A DNA stretch of 63,749 bases, filler included. It is 7 parts of 7 records of this genome, joined end to end, with 100 filler letters (N's around TTAATTAATTAA, not from the genome) between each part and the next. Parts side by side here need not be neighbours in the genome. Positions count along the whole stretch, not along the records: positions 1 to 7,926 come from SRR20825010_6942; positions 8,027 to 19,372 come from SRR20825010_6943; 5 more parts are not named here. One strand, 5' to 3'. Both the position numbers and the translations under genes were made by a program. The notes under the pieces were generated by a model that did not search any database, was not told where the DNA came from, and saw only the letters and a list, made by a program, of their open reading frames with translations. The stretch's first letter is position 1, and each line of letters starts with the position of its first letter. Below are positions 1 to 8,937 of this stretch, in pieces.

Positions 1-1429
1 GGTCGAAAGAGATCACCAGGTCCGAGAGATTGCCTTCAAAATAAATAGGACGATCTACCTGACTCACCACGTGGGTTTCGCGCCCAAGTTCCAGCTGCAT
101 GTAGTCAAAGGCTCTTGGTTTTTGATATTCTTTTACAGCCAAAAAGCTTCCTGTATTTTCCGAATGGTCGAAAATATCAATCCGGTTCGTAGTGATATCT
201 ATAGGTATTCGGATGTTAAAAAGGGAGATTTTTTCATTTCTAATGAGGGAATCAAGCTGCAGGTTGTCAATCCCGGGAAAAGTAAAATTCGCCTTGTGAA
301 GGGAAACACCTTCAATCCGTAAATTCAGAATTTCCCCGGGATAAACCACATTTGATTTTTCCCAGTCCTCACCTTCGCGCTGAACATAAATACCGGTAAT
401 GGCGGTTCGGGGCGTGATATCTACGTTTGTAACAAACTGTGGGCTATCGCCATCTTTGATGTATAAATAACCTTCAGCCTTTCGGTGATGGGCGTACGGC
501 CGAAGCAGACAGAGCACTTTGTCATTATTGAGTCGACTCTTGGTGTAGAGTTCGGCAATAAGCGGACCTCCTTTTTCCTCCTGACTTTCTATTCGATAGG
601 TTTTTCCGATTCGCAGGTTTCTATGGTTTTGAATTTGTACCTCAATCGATTCTTTCAGGTCGGTGTTGGGCGAAACTTCCTGCTGATCGATCTGGATAAA
701 CGCCAGACGTCCGGATTTGATGGAAAACGTTTGCCGGATTGGGGGCAAATCATATTTAATTGCTCCGTTTATAACAATCGGCTTTTTTAATTTTATTGGT
801 ACTTCCACAGACTGATTGCCCAATTGGGTTGGTTCCAGATGGATCAATATCCGATTGCCATTTTTTGTGAGGCGGTAGTTGATCGGCTGGCCTTCTGTCC
901 AGCGATTGTCAATCACGATGTTATCAGGCCGATTCGTGGTGATTTCCATTACCTTTTCTTCTCCAATAAATAGTTCGTCCTCCGTTGGGTAATAGGTCAC
1001 GTAGGTTTTGGTGAAAGGGAAAAGCGGGGCATCAACAATTTCAACAGTCTGACTATCCAGTTTTACCTCGAATGTGAACTTTAAAAAGTCCGTATTAGTG
1101 AGCTCACGAAACTTCACTTTGAAACGCGCATGGTCTTCAACACGCAACATGGGATCCAGGATTTCAAAATCTGAGGACGGCATCAGACGTATCTGTTCGA
1201 TGGGCGTGTCCATGTCAAAATAGACGTATCCTTCGGCCACTTCAGACTCTTCATCGTATTCAATGGGTAAAAAATCCTGGTTTCTTACCCAAATTTTGTC
1301 TTCTTCCCAGCTATAGCCTGCCGTGTCAAGATATACCCGCAGGTCGATCAGACTGGAACGTGAAAAGTTCTTTTGAGCATAAATTCCTGAAAAAATAAGG
1401 AGGGCGCAGATAGAAAAAAGGTATTTCAA
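1..1429 (-). CDS. Secreted hypothetical protein, 3'-truncated by window start (not in ORF track)
   Basis: TTG start at 1429 gives MKYLFSICALLIFSGIYAQ (Sec signal-like) then KNFSRSSLIDLRVYLDTAGYSWEEDKIW...; the same frame is still open at the window start (...DRPIYFEGNLSDLVISFD). Both ends were translated by hand; the middle was not fully checked. Confidence 0.8.
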   Translation of the reverse strand, partial: MKYLFSICALLIFSGIYAQKNFSRSSLIDLRVYLDTAGYSWEEDKIWVRNQDFLPIEYDEESEVAEGYVYFDMDTPIEQIRLMPSSDFEILDPMLRVEDHARFKVKFRELTNTDFLKFTFEVKLDSQTVEIVDAPLFPFTKTYVTYYPTEDELFIGEEKVMEITTNRPDNIVIDNRWTEGQPINYRLTKNGNRILIHLEPTQLGNQSVEVPIKLKKPIVINGAIKYDLPPIRQTFSIKSGRLAFIQIDQQEVSPNTDLKESIEVQIQNHRNLRIGKTYRIESQEEKGGPLIAELYTKSRLNNDKVLCLLRPYAHHRKAEGYLYIKDGDSPQFVTNVDITPRTAITGIYVQREGEDWEKSNVVYPGEILNLRIEGVSLHKANFTFPGIDNLQLDSLIRNEKISLFNIRIPIDITTNRIDIFDHSENTGSFLAVKEYQKPRAFDYMQLELGRETHVVSQVDRPIYFEGNLSDLVISFD

Positions 1430-1487
1430 AACAGCAGGTTTTCTTTTGAGTTGCCAAACTACAAAGATGTAACGAATGTGGAAAGTA

Positions 1488-2702
1488 TTACGATTGCTCT
1501 TTGGTAATAATCAATGGTTTTCCTTCCAGTGTCTTGTGAATGGGGCATCTATCCGCTATTGCAATCAGTTTGGTTCGCTCCTCGGCTGTCAAATCCCCTT
1601 CCAGCCGAATCAGTCGCTTGATTTGATCGATTTTTCCTCCGGTTTTTTCCGCTCCCTCTCCATCCTGGCTGTGCACCTTTTCATGCGTGAGGTGTACATT
1701 GACTTCCTGGAGGTTGATTCCTTTATAATCCGCGTACATTCTTAGGGTCATGGCTGTGCATGCGCCTAAGGCGGTGAGTAAGTAGTCATAGGGCGATGGG
1801 CCAATGTCTGTACCCCCGCTGGCTTCAGGTTCATCAGCGACCAGTTGGTGATGACCTGCCATGATTTGTGTGAGAAACTTATCCTCTTTCACTATTCGAG
1901 CCTTCACATCTCCCTCAGCAGCCAGTTCATTTTTTGCAGTGAATTTCACGTATCTACGTGCCCACTGGCCGATGACCTGACCAACATAGGAGGAATCCTC
2001 CGAATTGGTAAGTAAATGATCCGCGCCATCCAATGTCACAAAGCTTTTCGGGTGCTTGGCAGCCGTGTAGATTTTGGCAGCATTTTCTATATCCACAATA
2101 GTGTCTTGAGGAGAATGAAGGATCAGCAAGGCTTTTTGAAGCTTGGAAATTGCGGCGGTACCTCCTGCTTTTTCGAGATCATCAAGAAATTGTTTCTTTA
2201 CTTTGAAGGGTCGGCCTCCAATATTGACTTCTGCTTCCCCGTTGGTTTCCAATTCATTTTTCCCTGCATCAAATAAATGCTTAACATGTTCTGGCTCTGC
2301 CGGAGCACCAATCGTAACAACGGCCTGAATCGCTTTTAGCTTTTTGCTTGCGTGCAAAACTGCTGCCCCACCTAGTGAATGACCAATGATTAGCTGTGGA
2401 GCTTCATAATTGTCTTCCAGAAAAGAATAGGCCTTTTCGAGATCCTCAATATTGGTGGAGAAGTTGCTGTCAGAAAATGAACCCTGGCTCTGACCAAGTC
2501 CTGTGAAATCGAAACGCAAAACAGCAATATTCTGATCGGTGAGGGCTCGACTGATCGTATCGATGGCATTTAGGTTTTTTGAACAGGTGAAACAATGTGC
2601 AAAGATGGCAAACAAGCCTGCTTCTCCTAGCACCGGGAAGTCCAAAATCCCGGAGAGTAATTGCCCCTGGCTATTTTTGAATGTAATTTTTTTTGACCTC
2701 AT
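1488..2702 (-). CDS. Bifunctional alpha/beta hydrolase-OsmC family protein
   Basis: AHCFTCSK, RFDFTGLG and GHSLGG nucleophile elbow; C-terminal OsmC domain with LGACT and RCPIH. Confidence 0.93.
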   Translation of the reverse strand: MRSKKITFKNSQGQLLSGILDFPVLGEAGLFAIFAHCFTCSKNLNAIDTISRALTDQNIAVLRFDFTGLGQSQGSFSDSNFSTNIEDLEKAYSFLEDNYEAPQLIIGHSLGGAAVLHASKKLKAIQAVVTIGAPAEPEHVKHLFDAGKNELETNGEAEVNIGGRPFKVKKQFLDDLEKAGGTAAISKLQKALLILHSPQDTIVDIENAAKIYTAAKHPKSFVTLDGADHLLTNSEDSSYVGQVIGQWARRYVKFTAKNELAAEGDVKARIVKEDKFLTQIMAGHHQLVADEPEASGGTDIGPSPYDYLLTALGACTAMTLRMYADYKGINLQEVNVHLTHEKVHSQDGEGAEKTGGKIDQIKRLIRLEGDLTAEERTKLIAIADRCPIHKTLEGKPLIITKEQS

Positions 2703-2831
2703 CGTTTTATGCTTTTGCAGTTTCCATTTATCAGATTAGTACTTTGAAGGCTCTCGATTGTACTATATTTATAGATTGAAACCATTTCTGAAATAAACTG
2801 TCATTTAGATTATTCTCTAAGCTACCTATAG

Positions 2832-3458
2832 TTGAAAACACTTTCCACCATATTCCTGAGCATCCTTCTGCTTTCGTCTGCCCGTGGACAAAACCTCTAC
2901 TATGAAATCGTTCGGGGTGACAGTCAAATTGGTGTGCTGGAAGTGCTACAGGAACAATCCGATGGCCTGGAAACCTACAGAATGCGCAATTTAGTTGAGT
3001 TCAAAATTTTATTCACGTTTAGTGTGGAGTATGTGCTCACCGAATCATTTGCTGATGGAGTGTTGGTATCTGGTGAAGGTTTCAATACTTTGAATGGCAC
3101 TTCGCAGCGGGTGACCAGAATAAAACTGGCGAAAGACGGCTATCACCTGATAATAGATGGAGTAGAGGGGCACAATGAAAAAATACCAATCAAGGCCTCC
3201 ATGGCGAAAATTTACCATGAGGAGTTGCACGATGGAAAGCGGCTTTATTCACAGTATTTTGGCCGGTACCTCACAGCTGAGAAGATAGGAGATCATAAAT
3301 ACACCCTGAGTTCACCGGACGGAGAAAACGTGTATACATACAAAGATGGCTATTGCTCGGAAGTGAAGGTTGTTCGGGATTTCGCTACGTTTTACATCCG
3401 TATGAAACCGGAAACTTTGGCTGCCATTGACAAGTTCAAGCGGGGCTTGAGCGATTAA
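2832..3458 (+). CDS. Secreted DUF6134-like protein
   Basis: Signal peptide and beta-rich sequence ending YTLSSPDG.NVYTYKDGYC; stop overlaps the ftsY stop. Confidence 0.6.
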   Translation: MKTLSTIFLSILLLSSARGQNLYYEIVRGDSQIGVLEVLQEQSDGLETYRMRNLVEFKILFTFSVEYVLTESFADGVLVSGEGFNTLNGTSQRVTRIKLAKDGYHLIIDGVEGHNEKIPIKASMAKIYHEELHDGKRLYSQYFGRYLTAEKIGDHKYTLSSPDGENVYTYKDGYCSEVKVVRDFATFYIRMKPETLAAIDKFKRGLSD

Positions 3459-4411
3459 TTTTTCTTAAAAAAAGAATCAACAAACTCCATTTTGTTGAAG
3501 ACCTGCAAATCGGTCACTTTCTCACCAACACCGATATACTTCACAGGAATTTTGAATTGATCGGATATGCCGATTACCACACCCCCTTTGGCCGTTCCGT
3601 CCAGTTTGGTGATGGCCAGTGAGGTCACATCCGTTGCTTTTGTGAATTCAGTAGCCTGAATAAAGGCATTTTGACCTGTGCTACCATCTAACACCAGCAG
3701 TACTTCGTGTGGTGCATCAGGAATGAATTTTTGAATGACTTTTTTAATTTTGGTCAATTCATTCATCAGGTTCACTTTGGTGTGCAGTCTACCTGCCGTG
3801 TCGATGATCACCACGTCCGCCTTATTGTCAACCCCGTATTTGGCTGCTTCGAACGCCACAGATGCGGGATCTGTATTCATTCCTTTGTGAATCACCGGAA
3901 CGTCCACACGTTTGCCCCACATGATAAGCTGCTCCACAGCAGCAGCACGGAAGGTATCGGCAGCTCCGAGAACTACATTTTTTCCAAGTGCCTTTAGTTG
4001 AGCTGCAAGTTTACCAATTGTTGTGGTTTTACCCACACCGTTTACCCCTACAACCAATAGCACATAGGGGCCGTCCACTTTTGGCAAATCAAAATCTGTA
4101 AGGTCTTTGGTGTTATTCTCTGAAAGAAGACCGGCTATTTCTTCCCGAAGGATTTTGTTGAGTTCGCTGGCATTCAGGTATTTGTCCTTGGCCACACGTG
4201 CCTCGATGCGGTTAATAATTTTTATAGTTGTTTCTACACCTACGTCGGAAGTGACAAGCACTTCTTCCAATTCATCCAGAACCTCTTCGTCAACGGTAGC
4301 TTTACCTACAACCGCTTTCCCCAGTTTATTAAAAAAGCTCTCCTTGGACTTTTCCAAGCCCTTATCCAGCGAGTCTTTTTTTTCCTTAGAGAAAAAACTC
4401 TTTAAGCCCAT
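3455..4411 (-). CDS. ftsY: SRP docking protein FtsY
   Basis: GVNGVGKTTT, DTFRAAA, DTAGR, TKLDGTAKGG. Confidence 0.98.
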   Translation of the reverse strand: MGLKSFFSKEKKDSLDKGLEKSKESFFNKLGKAVVGKATVDEEVLDELEEVLVTSDVGVETTIKIINRIEARVAKDKYLNASELNKILREEIAGLLSENNTKDLTDFDLPKVDGPYVLLVVGVNGVGKTTTIGKLAAQLKALGKNVVLGAADTFRAAAVEQLIMWGKRVDVPVIHKGMNTDPASVAFEAAKYGVDNKADVVIIDTAGRLHTKVNLMNELTKIKKVIQKFIPDAPHEVLLVLDGSTGQNAFIQATEFTKATDVTSLAITKLDGTAKGGVVIGISDQFKIPVKYIGVGEKVTDLQVFNKMEFVDSFFKKN

Positions 4412-4440
4412 TTTTGATGTGTTTTCGGTGAATGTTAAAT

Positions 4441-4467
4441 AAAAAAGTCCCTGCGATGAGGGACTTT
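4441..4467 (-). terminator. Intrinsic terminator after rpmG-DUF4295
   Basis: AAAGTCCCT-6nt-AGGGACTTT hairpin with a U-tract on the minus strand. Confidence 0.75.
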
Positions 4468-4492
4468 CAAATTACAATTATTTTCCGTGATC

Positions 4493-4645
4493 TTAGCTCT
4501 TAGCTAGAACATCTTTTACGTTAGCCTCCGGAACCATTTCTTCTTTGAAAGTGTAAGAACCTGATTTGGATTTTACAGCTCTGATAACTTTGGCGAATTT
4601 GGCTCCACCGGGTTGTTTTAGGGTCGCAACTACTTTCTTTGCCAT
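4493..4645 (-). CDS. DUF4295 family small protein (50 aa; not in ORF track)
   Basis: MAKKVVATLKQPGGAKFAKVIRAVKSKSGSYTFKEEMV...; canonical Bacteroidota position between rpmG and ftsY. Confidence 0.9.
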   Translation of the reverse strand: MAKKVVATLKQPGGAKFAKVIRAVKSKSGSYTFKEEMVPEANVKDVLAKS

Positions 4646-4647
4646 GG

Positions 4648-4830
4648 TTATTTAATTTCTTTGTGTACAGTATGTTTTCTCAAAATAGGATTGTACTTCT
4701 TAAGCTCAACACGCTCAGTAGTGTTTTTCCTGTTTTTAGTAGTGATGTATCTTGAAGTTCCAGGTTGACCAGAAGTTTTATGTTCTGTGCATTCTAATAT
4801 TACCTGTACTCTGTTGCCTTTCTTTGCCAT
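4648..4830 (-). CDS. rpmG: 50S ribosomal protein L33
   Basis: [18 protein letters not shown]...[18 protein letters not shown]. Confidence 0.98.
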   Translation of the reverse strand: MAKKGNRVQVILECTEHKTSGQPGTSRYITTKNRKNTTERVELKKYNPILRKHTVHKEIK

Positions 4831-4858
4831 TTTGTTCCCCGTTTACTTAAAAGGAGTG

Positions 4859-4866
4859 CAAATGTA
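4859..4866 (-). promoter_or_regulatory. Bacteroidota sigma70 -7 element upstream of rpmG
   Basis: TACATTTG matches TAnnTTTG, 28 nt before the ATG. Confidence 0.7.
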
Positions 4867-4875
4867 GAAAACATT

Positions 4876-6330
4876 TTACTCTCCTCCCAAACTTGGTAGA
4901 CTAAAATTATCGAAAATACTTGTTTCTTTCATCAAAGCTTCAATTTCCTCACTTTTACGTGGTGCCTTGTCTGAAAGTAATTCATATCCATCTTTTGTAA
5001 TAAGGATATCATCCTCGATTCTCACGGCGATTCCCCACCATTTTTTGTCGCAAGGAGCACCTTCAGGAATATAAATGCCCGGTTCAATCGTTATGACCAT
5101 ATTGGGAACCAAATTCATTCTGTCCCCCTTATCATGAACATCCAATCCTATATGATGACCCAAACCATGTGGGTAATAAAGATGCTTTTGATTTACGCTA
5201 TCAATTATTCCAAGCGCTACCAATCCTTCGTTGATAATTCTCCTGGCTATTTTCACATCAAGATCTTCCTTTAAGGCTACACCGGGTTTACATGTCTCAA
5301 TGGCTGCTTGCTGAGATTTATATACCAAATCGTATATGGCTTTTTCCTCTTTCGAGAATTTTCCGTCAACAGGAATTGTACGGGTTACATCGGCAGTGTA
5401 GCCGTGGTATTCAGCTCCCAGATCCATCAGGATCATTTCGTCGCTTTCGATCTGTGGTTTATAGTTTTCTATGTAATGCAAAATGCACCCGTTGTGACCA
5501 GAGCCAACAATTGATGGATAGCCCTCATATTCGGATTGATATTTTTTGAAAATGAATTCATGCAATCCCTGCACTTCCATTTCGGACATTCCAGGTCGCA
5601 TGGCCTTCATCACTTCTGCTTGTGCGATGCAGGAGATGTCAATTGCTTTTCGCAGAAGATCGAGCTCTTCCGGCGTTTTCACCCCGCGCAAATTATCCAT
5701 GATCTTGTCCAGGGTCTCCGTATCCAGATTGGGAGCTTTAGCTTCCAGATCCAAGGCAGATTCACTTGGGTAATTTGCTTTTTTCTTGAAAGAGGTAATC
5801 AGGTCGTATAAATCACCTTCTGTATCGGTATCGCGTACATCATTAAAAAATTCATAGAAAAGAACCTTATCGAATTTAGAAAAATCGATGTTATAGTCTT
5901 CGAATTCTGTATTGTTGAAGACCTGATTGAAGGCCAGTTTATCGGCTACTCCTTCTACGCCCAACCTTCGGCCTGTCCACATCTCGGCCATCGCGTCTCG
6001 CGGTTGTATAAATATGATTTCGTTAAATTTCTTACTGTCGGGGCTCGTTTGAAGGTCTTTGAAAATTAAAAGAACGGCATGTGGTTCCTTGTAGCCGGAG
6101 AGGTAGTAGAAATTCGGATCCTGATGGTAGACATAATCTACATCATTGGCCCGGTTGCGAACGGGATTTGCAAAAAACACAGCCACAGATTTTTTCGGCA
6201 TCTGCTTTCTAAGTTCTTCGCGGCGGCCTTTGTGAAATTCATTGGTTAGAAAATCGGAAGGTAAATCCTGGCAGAATAAGTTTAGGATGCACAGCAGGAA
6301 AATAGTGGGAGTCAGGGCTATTTTTTTCAT
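4876..6330 (-). CDS. Xaa-Pro aminopeptidase (M24B), probably exported
   Basis: AMP_N domain (YHQDPNFYYLSG), LHY, DLGAEYHGYTADVTRT, HGLGHHIGLDVHD, TIEPGIY, RIEDD. Confidence 0.93.
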   Translation of the reverse strand: MKKIALTPTIFLLCILNLFCQDLPSDFLTNEFHKGRREELRKQMPKKSVAVFFANPVRNRANDVDYVYHQDPNFYYLSGYKEPHAVLLIFKDLQTSPDSKKFNEIIFIQPRDAMAEMWTGRRLGVEGVADKLAFNQVFNNTEFEDYNIDFSKFDKVLFYEFFNDVRDTDTEGDLYDLITSFKKKANYPSESALDLEAKAPNLDTETLDKIMDNLRGVKTPEELDLLRKAIDISCIAQAEVMKAMRPGMSEMEVQGLHEFIFKKYQSEYEGYPSIVGSGHNGCILHYIENYKPQIESDEMILMDLGAEYHGYTADVTRTIPVDGKFSKEEKAIYDLVYKSQQAAIETCKPGVALKEDLDVKIARRIINEGLVALGIIDSVNQKHLYYPHGLGHHIGLDVHDKGDRMNLVPNMVITIEPGIYIPEGAPCDKKWWGIAVRIEDDILITKDGYELLSDKAPRKSEEIEALMKETSIFDNFSLPSLGGE

Positions 6331-6338
6331 ATTTTAAT

Positions 6339-6346
6339 CAAATGTA
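6339..6346 (-). promoter_or_regulatory. Bacteroidota -7 element upstream of the aminopeptidase (very short leader)
   Basis: TACATTTG only 8 nt upstream of the ATG at 6330. Confidence 0.6.
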
Positions 6347-6474
6347 GGGGTCAATTTAATCCATTGGGCTTAGGATGAAACCAAAATTTATGGATGTGGT
6401 TTTTCTGGCTTATGAAGGGTTGTATCATGAGACAACCTGAACCCGTAGGCGTCCTTTGCTGTTTCTTGGGCAAT

Positions 6475-6498
6475 AAAAAAGCCGGTCTTTCAACCGGC
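6475..6498 (-). terminator. Intrinsic terminator after lpdA
   Basis: Minus strand reads GCCGGT-TGAAAG-ACCGGC-TTTTTT. Confidence 0.75.
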
Positions 6499-6522
6499 CG
6501 TATTTTGTTCAACTTGATTCAC

Positions 6523-7914
6523 TTAGATGTGGATCACCTCGCCGTAAGCGGCTGCAGCAGCTTCCATCACCGCTTCCGACATGGTCGGGTGAGGGTGAAC
6601 GGATTTGATGATTTCATGACCTGTGGTTTCCAGATTTCTGGCCACAACTGCCTCAGCAATCATGTCCGTAACGCCTGCGCCAATCATGTGGCAACCCAGC
6701 CATTCTCCGTATTTTGCATCGAAGATCACCTTCACGAAACCGTCTTTTGCCCCCGAAGCACTTGCCTTTCCTGATGCCGAGAATGGGAATTTCCCAACTT
6801 TTATTTCATAACCGGCTTCTTTGGCAGCTTTCTCTGTCATACCTACAGAAGCGATCTCAGGAGAACAATACGTACACCCTGGGATGTTTCCGTAATTCAA
6901 TGGATGCACATCCATGCCTGAAATTTTCTCTACACAAATGATACCTTCTGCAGATGCCACGTGGGCCAAAGCAGGACCATGTACGATATCACCAATGGCG
7001 TAAACGCCTTCTATGTTTGTTTTGTAATAATCATTCACAAGGACTTTCCCCTTGTCATGTTTGATGCCCAATTCTTCCAGACCGATTCCTTCCAGGTTGG
7101 TAGAAACACCCACTGCAGAAAGCACCACATCACAGTCGATTTTCTCTTCGCCTTTTTGTGTTTTGATGGTCACTTTGCAGCCTGCTCCTTTGGTATCTAC
7201 ATTCGTAACCTCGCTTGAGGTCATTATTTTGATGCCATTTTTCTTGAAACTTCGTTCCAGTGCCTTGCTTACTTCTTCGTCCTCTACTGGCACGATGTTC
7301 GGCAAAAACTCAACAACAGTCACTTCCGTGCCGATGGAGTTGTAGAAATAGGCAAACTCAACACCAATTGCCCCTGACCCTACTACAACCAGTTTTTTTG
7401 GTTGTTTTTCCAAGACCATCGCTTGTCGGTAACCGATGATTTTCTTTCCGTCTATTGGCAGGTTAGGGAGTTCTCGTGAACGTGCTCCTGTAGCCAGAAT
7501 GATATTTTTCGCTTCGTAAAGTGCTTTTTTTCCAGCAGCATCCGTTACCTCAACTTTCTTGTCTTTTGTCAGCTTGCCGAATCCCAGGATCTGATCGATG
7601 TTGTTTTTCTTAAACAAAAACTGAATGCCTTTACTCATGCCACCAGCTACATCGCGGCTTCTTTTGACCATTGCACCGAAATCCGCTTTGGCGTCTTTTA
7701 CCGTGATTCCATAATCCTGTGAATGAGAAATATATTCGAATACCTGTGCACTTTTTAAGAGGGCTTTCGTAGGGATACAACCCCAATTCAGGCAAATTCC
7801 GCCTAGCTCTGCTCTTTCTACAACGCCTACTTTCATCCCCAGCTGAGATGCTCGAATCGCTGCTACGTATCCGCCCGGTCCGCTACCGATGACGATAAGA
7901 TCATAATTTGACAT
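6523..7914 (-). CDS. lpdA: Dihydrolipoyl dehydrogenase
   Basis: GSGPGG, GGICLNWGCIPTK redox disulfide, GSGAIG, HPHPTMSE. Confidence 0.97.
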   Translation of the reverse strand: MSNYDLIVIGSGPGGYVAAIRASQLGMKVGVVERAELGGICLNWGCIPTKALLKSAQVFEYISHSQDYGITVKDAKADFGAMVKRSRDVAGGMSKGIQFLFKKNNIDQILGFGKLTKDKKVEVTDAAGKKALYEAKNIILATGARSRELPNLPIDGKKIIGYRQAMVLEKQPKKLVVVGSGAIGVEFAYFYNSIGTEVTVVEFLPNIVPVEDEEVSKALERSFKKNGIKIMTSSEVTNVDTKGAGCKVTIKTQKGEEKIDCDVVLSAVGVSTNLEGIGLEELGIKHDKGKVLVNDYYKTNIEGVYAIGDIVHGPALAHVASAEGIICVEKISGMDVHPLNYGNIPGCTYCSPEIASVGMTEKAAKEAGYEIKVGKFPFSASGKASASGAKDGFVKVIFDAKYGEWLGCHMIGAGVTDMIAEAVVARNLETTGHEIIKSVHPHPTMSEAVMEAAAAAYGEVIHI

Positions 7915-7926
7915 AGTCTGTATATT

Positions 7927-8026
7927 NNNNNNNNNNNNNNNNNNNNNNNNNNNNNNNNNNNNNNNNNNNNTTAATTAATTAANNNNNNNNNNNNNNNNNN
8001 NNNNNNNNNNNNNNNNNNNNNNNNNN
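7927..8026. other. Artificial contig spacer
   Basis: 44N-TTAATTAATTAA-44N (stops in all six frames); GC shifts sharply across it. Confidence 0.99.
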
Positions 8027-8056
8027 ACACCGGTTCGATTCCGGTACTCGCCTCCA
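8027..8056 (+). tRNA. 3' portion (T-arm, acceptor strand, CCA) of tRNA-Cys, or its att copy
   Basis: ACACCGGTTCGATTCCGGTACTCGCCTCCA has a T-arm CCGG-TTCGATT-CCGG and resembles the alphaproteobacterial tRNA-Cys 3' end; the anticodon lies outside the contig. Confidence 0.8.
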
Positions 8057-8334
8057 CTTATTTTCAATGACTTGGCTCACCTCTCTCAATGCGCGAGGTG
8101 CGCGGTTTACAGGTCGGTTGATCGTTTTGTTCACTGCCCCCCCCTTCGATAGAGACGACTTGATCAGCACAGAGTCCGTTTCGCTCGATGAAACGCGGGC
8201 GCAATGCTCATTTACGTTAGCGGCACGGCGGATAGGCCACCCCATTTGATTACCGTTTTCTGGCAAACTCAAACCCGCGTTCAGCAATCGGGTTGTGGTG
8301 GTGTTCCGGCAATCCTGTAATCGAAGATCGCGGC

Positions 8335-8474
8335 TCAGCACCTTTAACGCGATCTTCGCCTTAAAGGCTGGCGATGTTGCTTCCGTTTCGACCTCGTTGA
8401 TCTCCTTCTTATTGAAGACCAGCAGACTACAAGTCGCGGCTTACGTCAGTGTCCGAATTTCTGGGCGTAGCTCA
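8335..8474 (-). mobile_element. IS3-family left-end remnant
   Basis: TGAGCTACGCCCAGAAATTCGGACA IRL-like end, AAGGAG RBS, and a decayed orfA (start ATG>AGG, SKRKQH / SPAFKAKIALK with frameshift). Confidence 0.7.
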
Positions 8475-8662
8475 GGTTGAGGAAGATAAATCCGCTCAAG
8501 ATCCGCCTGTCATCAAGCCGGGGCTTCCCGTGCGGCTTCGGAAAGAAAGGTTTCAGACGTCCCACCTGAGCGTCGTTCAGCCAGAAAAGAACAGTCATAC
8601 TACAGCTCCGGTATCGGAGCCGTGAATCACACAGTGCGACCAAGATCAATGCATCCTGAGAC
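8475..8662 (-). mobile_element. IS5-family (IS427-like) left-end remnant, truncated by the IS3 insertion
   Basis: ATG at 8598 gives MTVLFWLNDAQVGRLKPFFPKPHGKPRLDDRRILSGFIFLN, the typical IS5 transposase N-terminus, ending exactly at the IS3 end; CTCAGGATGCATTGAT end-like sequence. Confidence 0.8.
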
Positions 8663-8836
8663 TCGCTGATGTCGCGCGCCCTTTTTCGGTTCGGCCGATC
8701 TGCCGCAAAATTCCGATCCAGTCCTCGGGTGTCAACAGAGCTTTCTATCCCTCCTGTCAGCCAAACAGCCCCTCCGAAGCCTCGAAGCCACCCGAACCAT
8801 CAAGAACAGACATTCCGGCAACATGAAATCTGGCGT

Positions 8837-8874
8837 CCAAGCCGAAGGCCTCGCCCACGAGGTCTTCGGTTTGG
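8837..8874. repeat. 17-bp inverted repeat downstream of the enolase operon
   Basis: CCAAGCCGAAGGCCTCG-CCCA-CGAGGTCTTCGGTTTGG (two G-U pairs on the + strand). Confidence 0.6.
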
Positions 8875-8937
8875 CGGTGTGAGCCGTCCCTGATGCCTTT
8901 GAGGTCGGCCCACTCGGAATTAGTGCAACAGTCTCCT

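Noticed and set aside
7979-8341. 120-aa ORF ending WRRVPESNRC
   Set aside because: It is the reverse-complement translation of the tRNA 3' end, a classic spurious ORF
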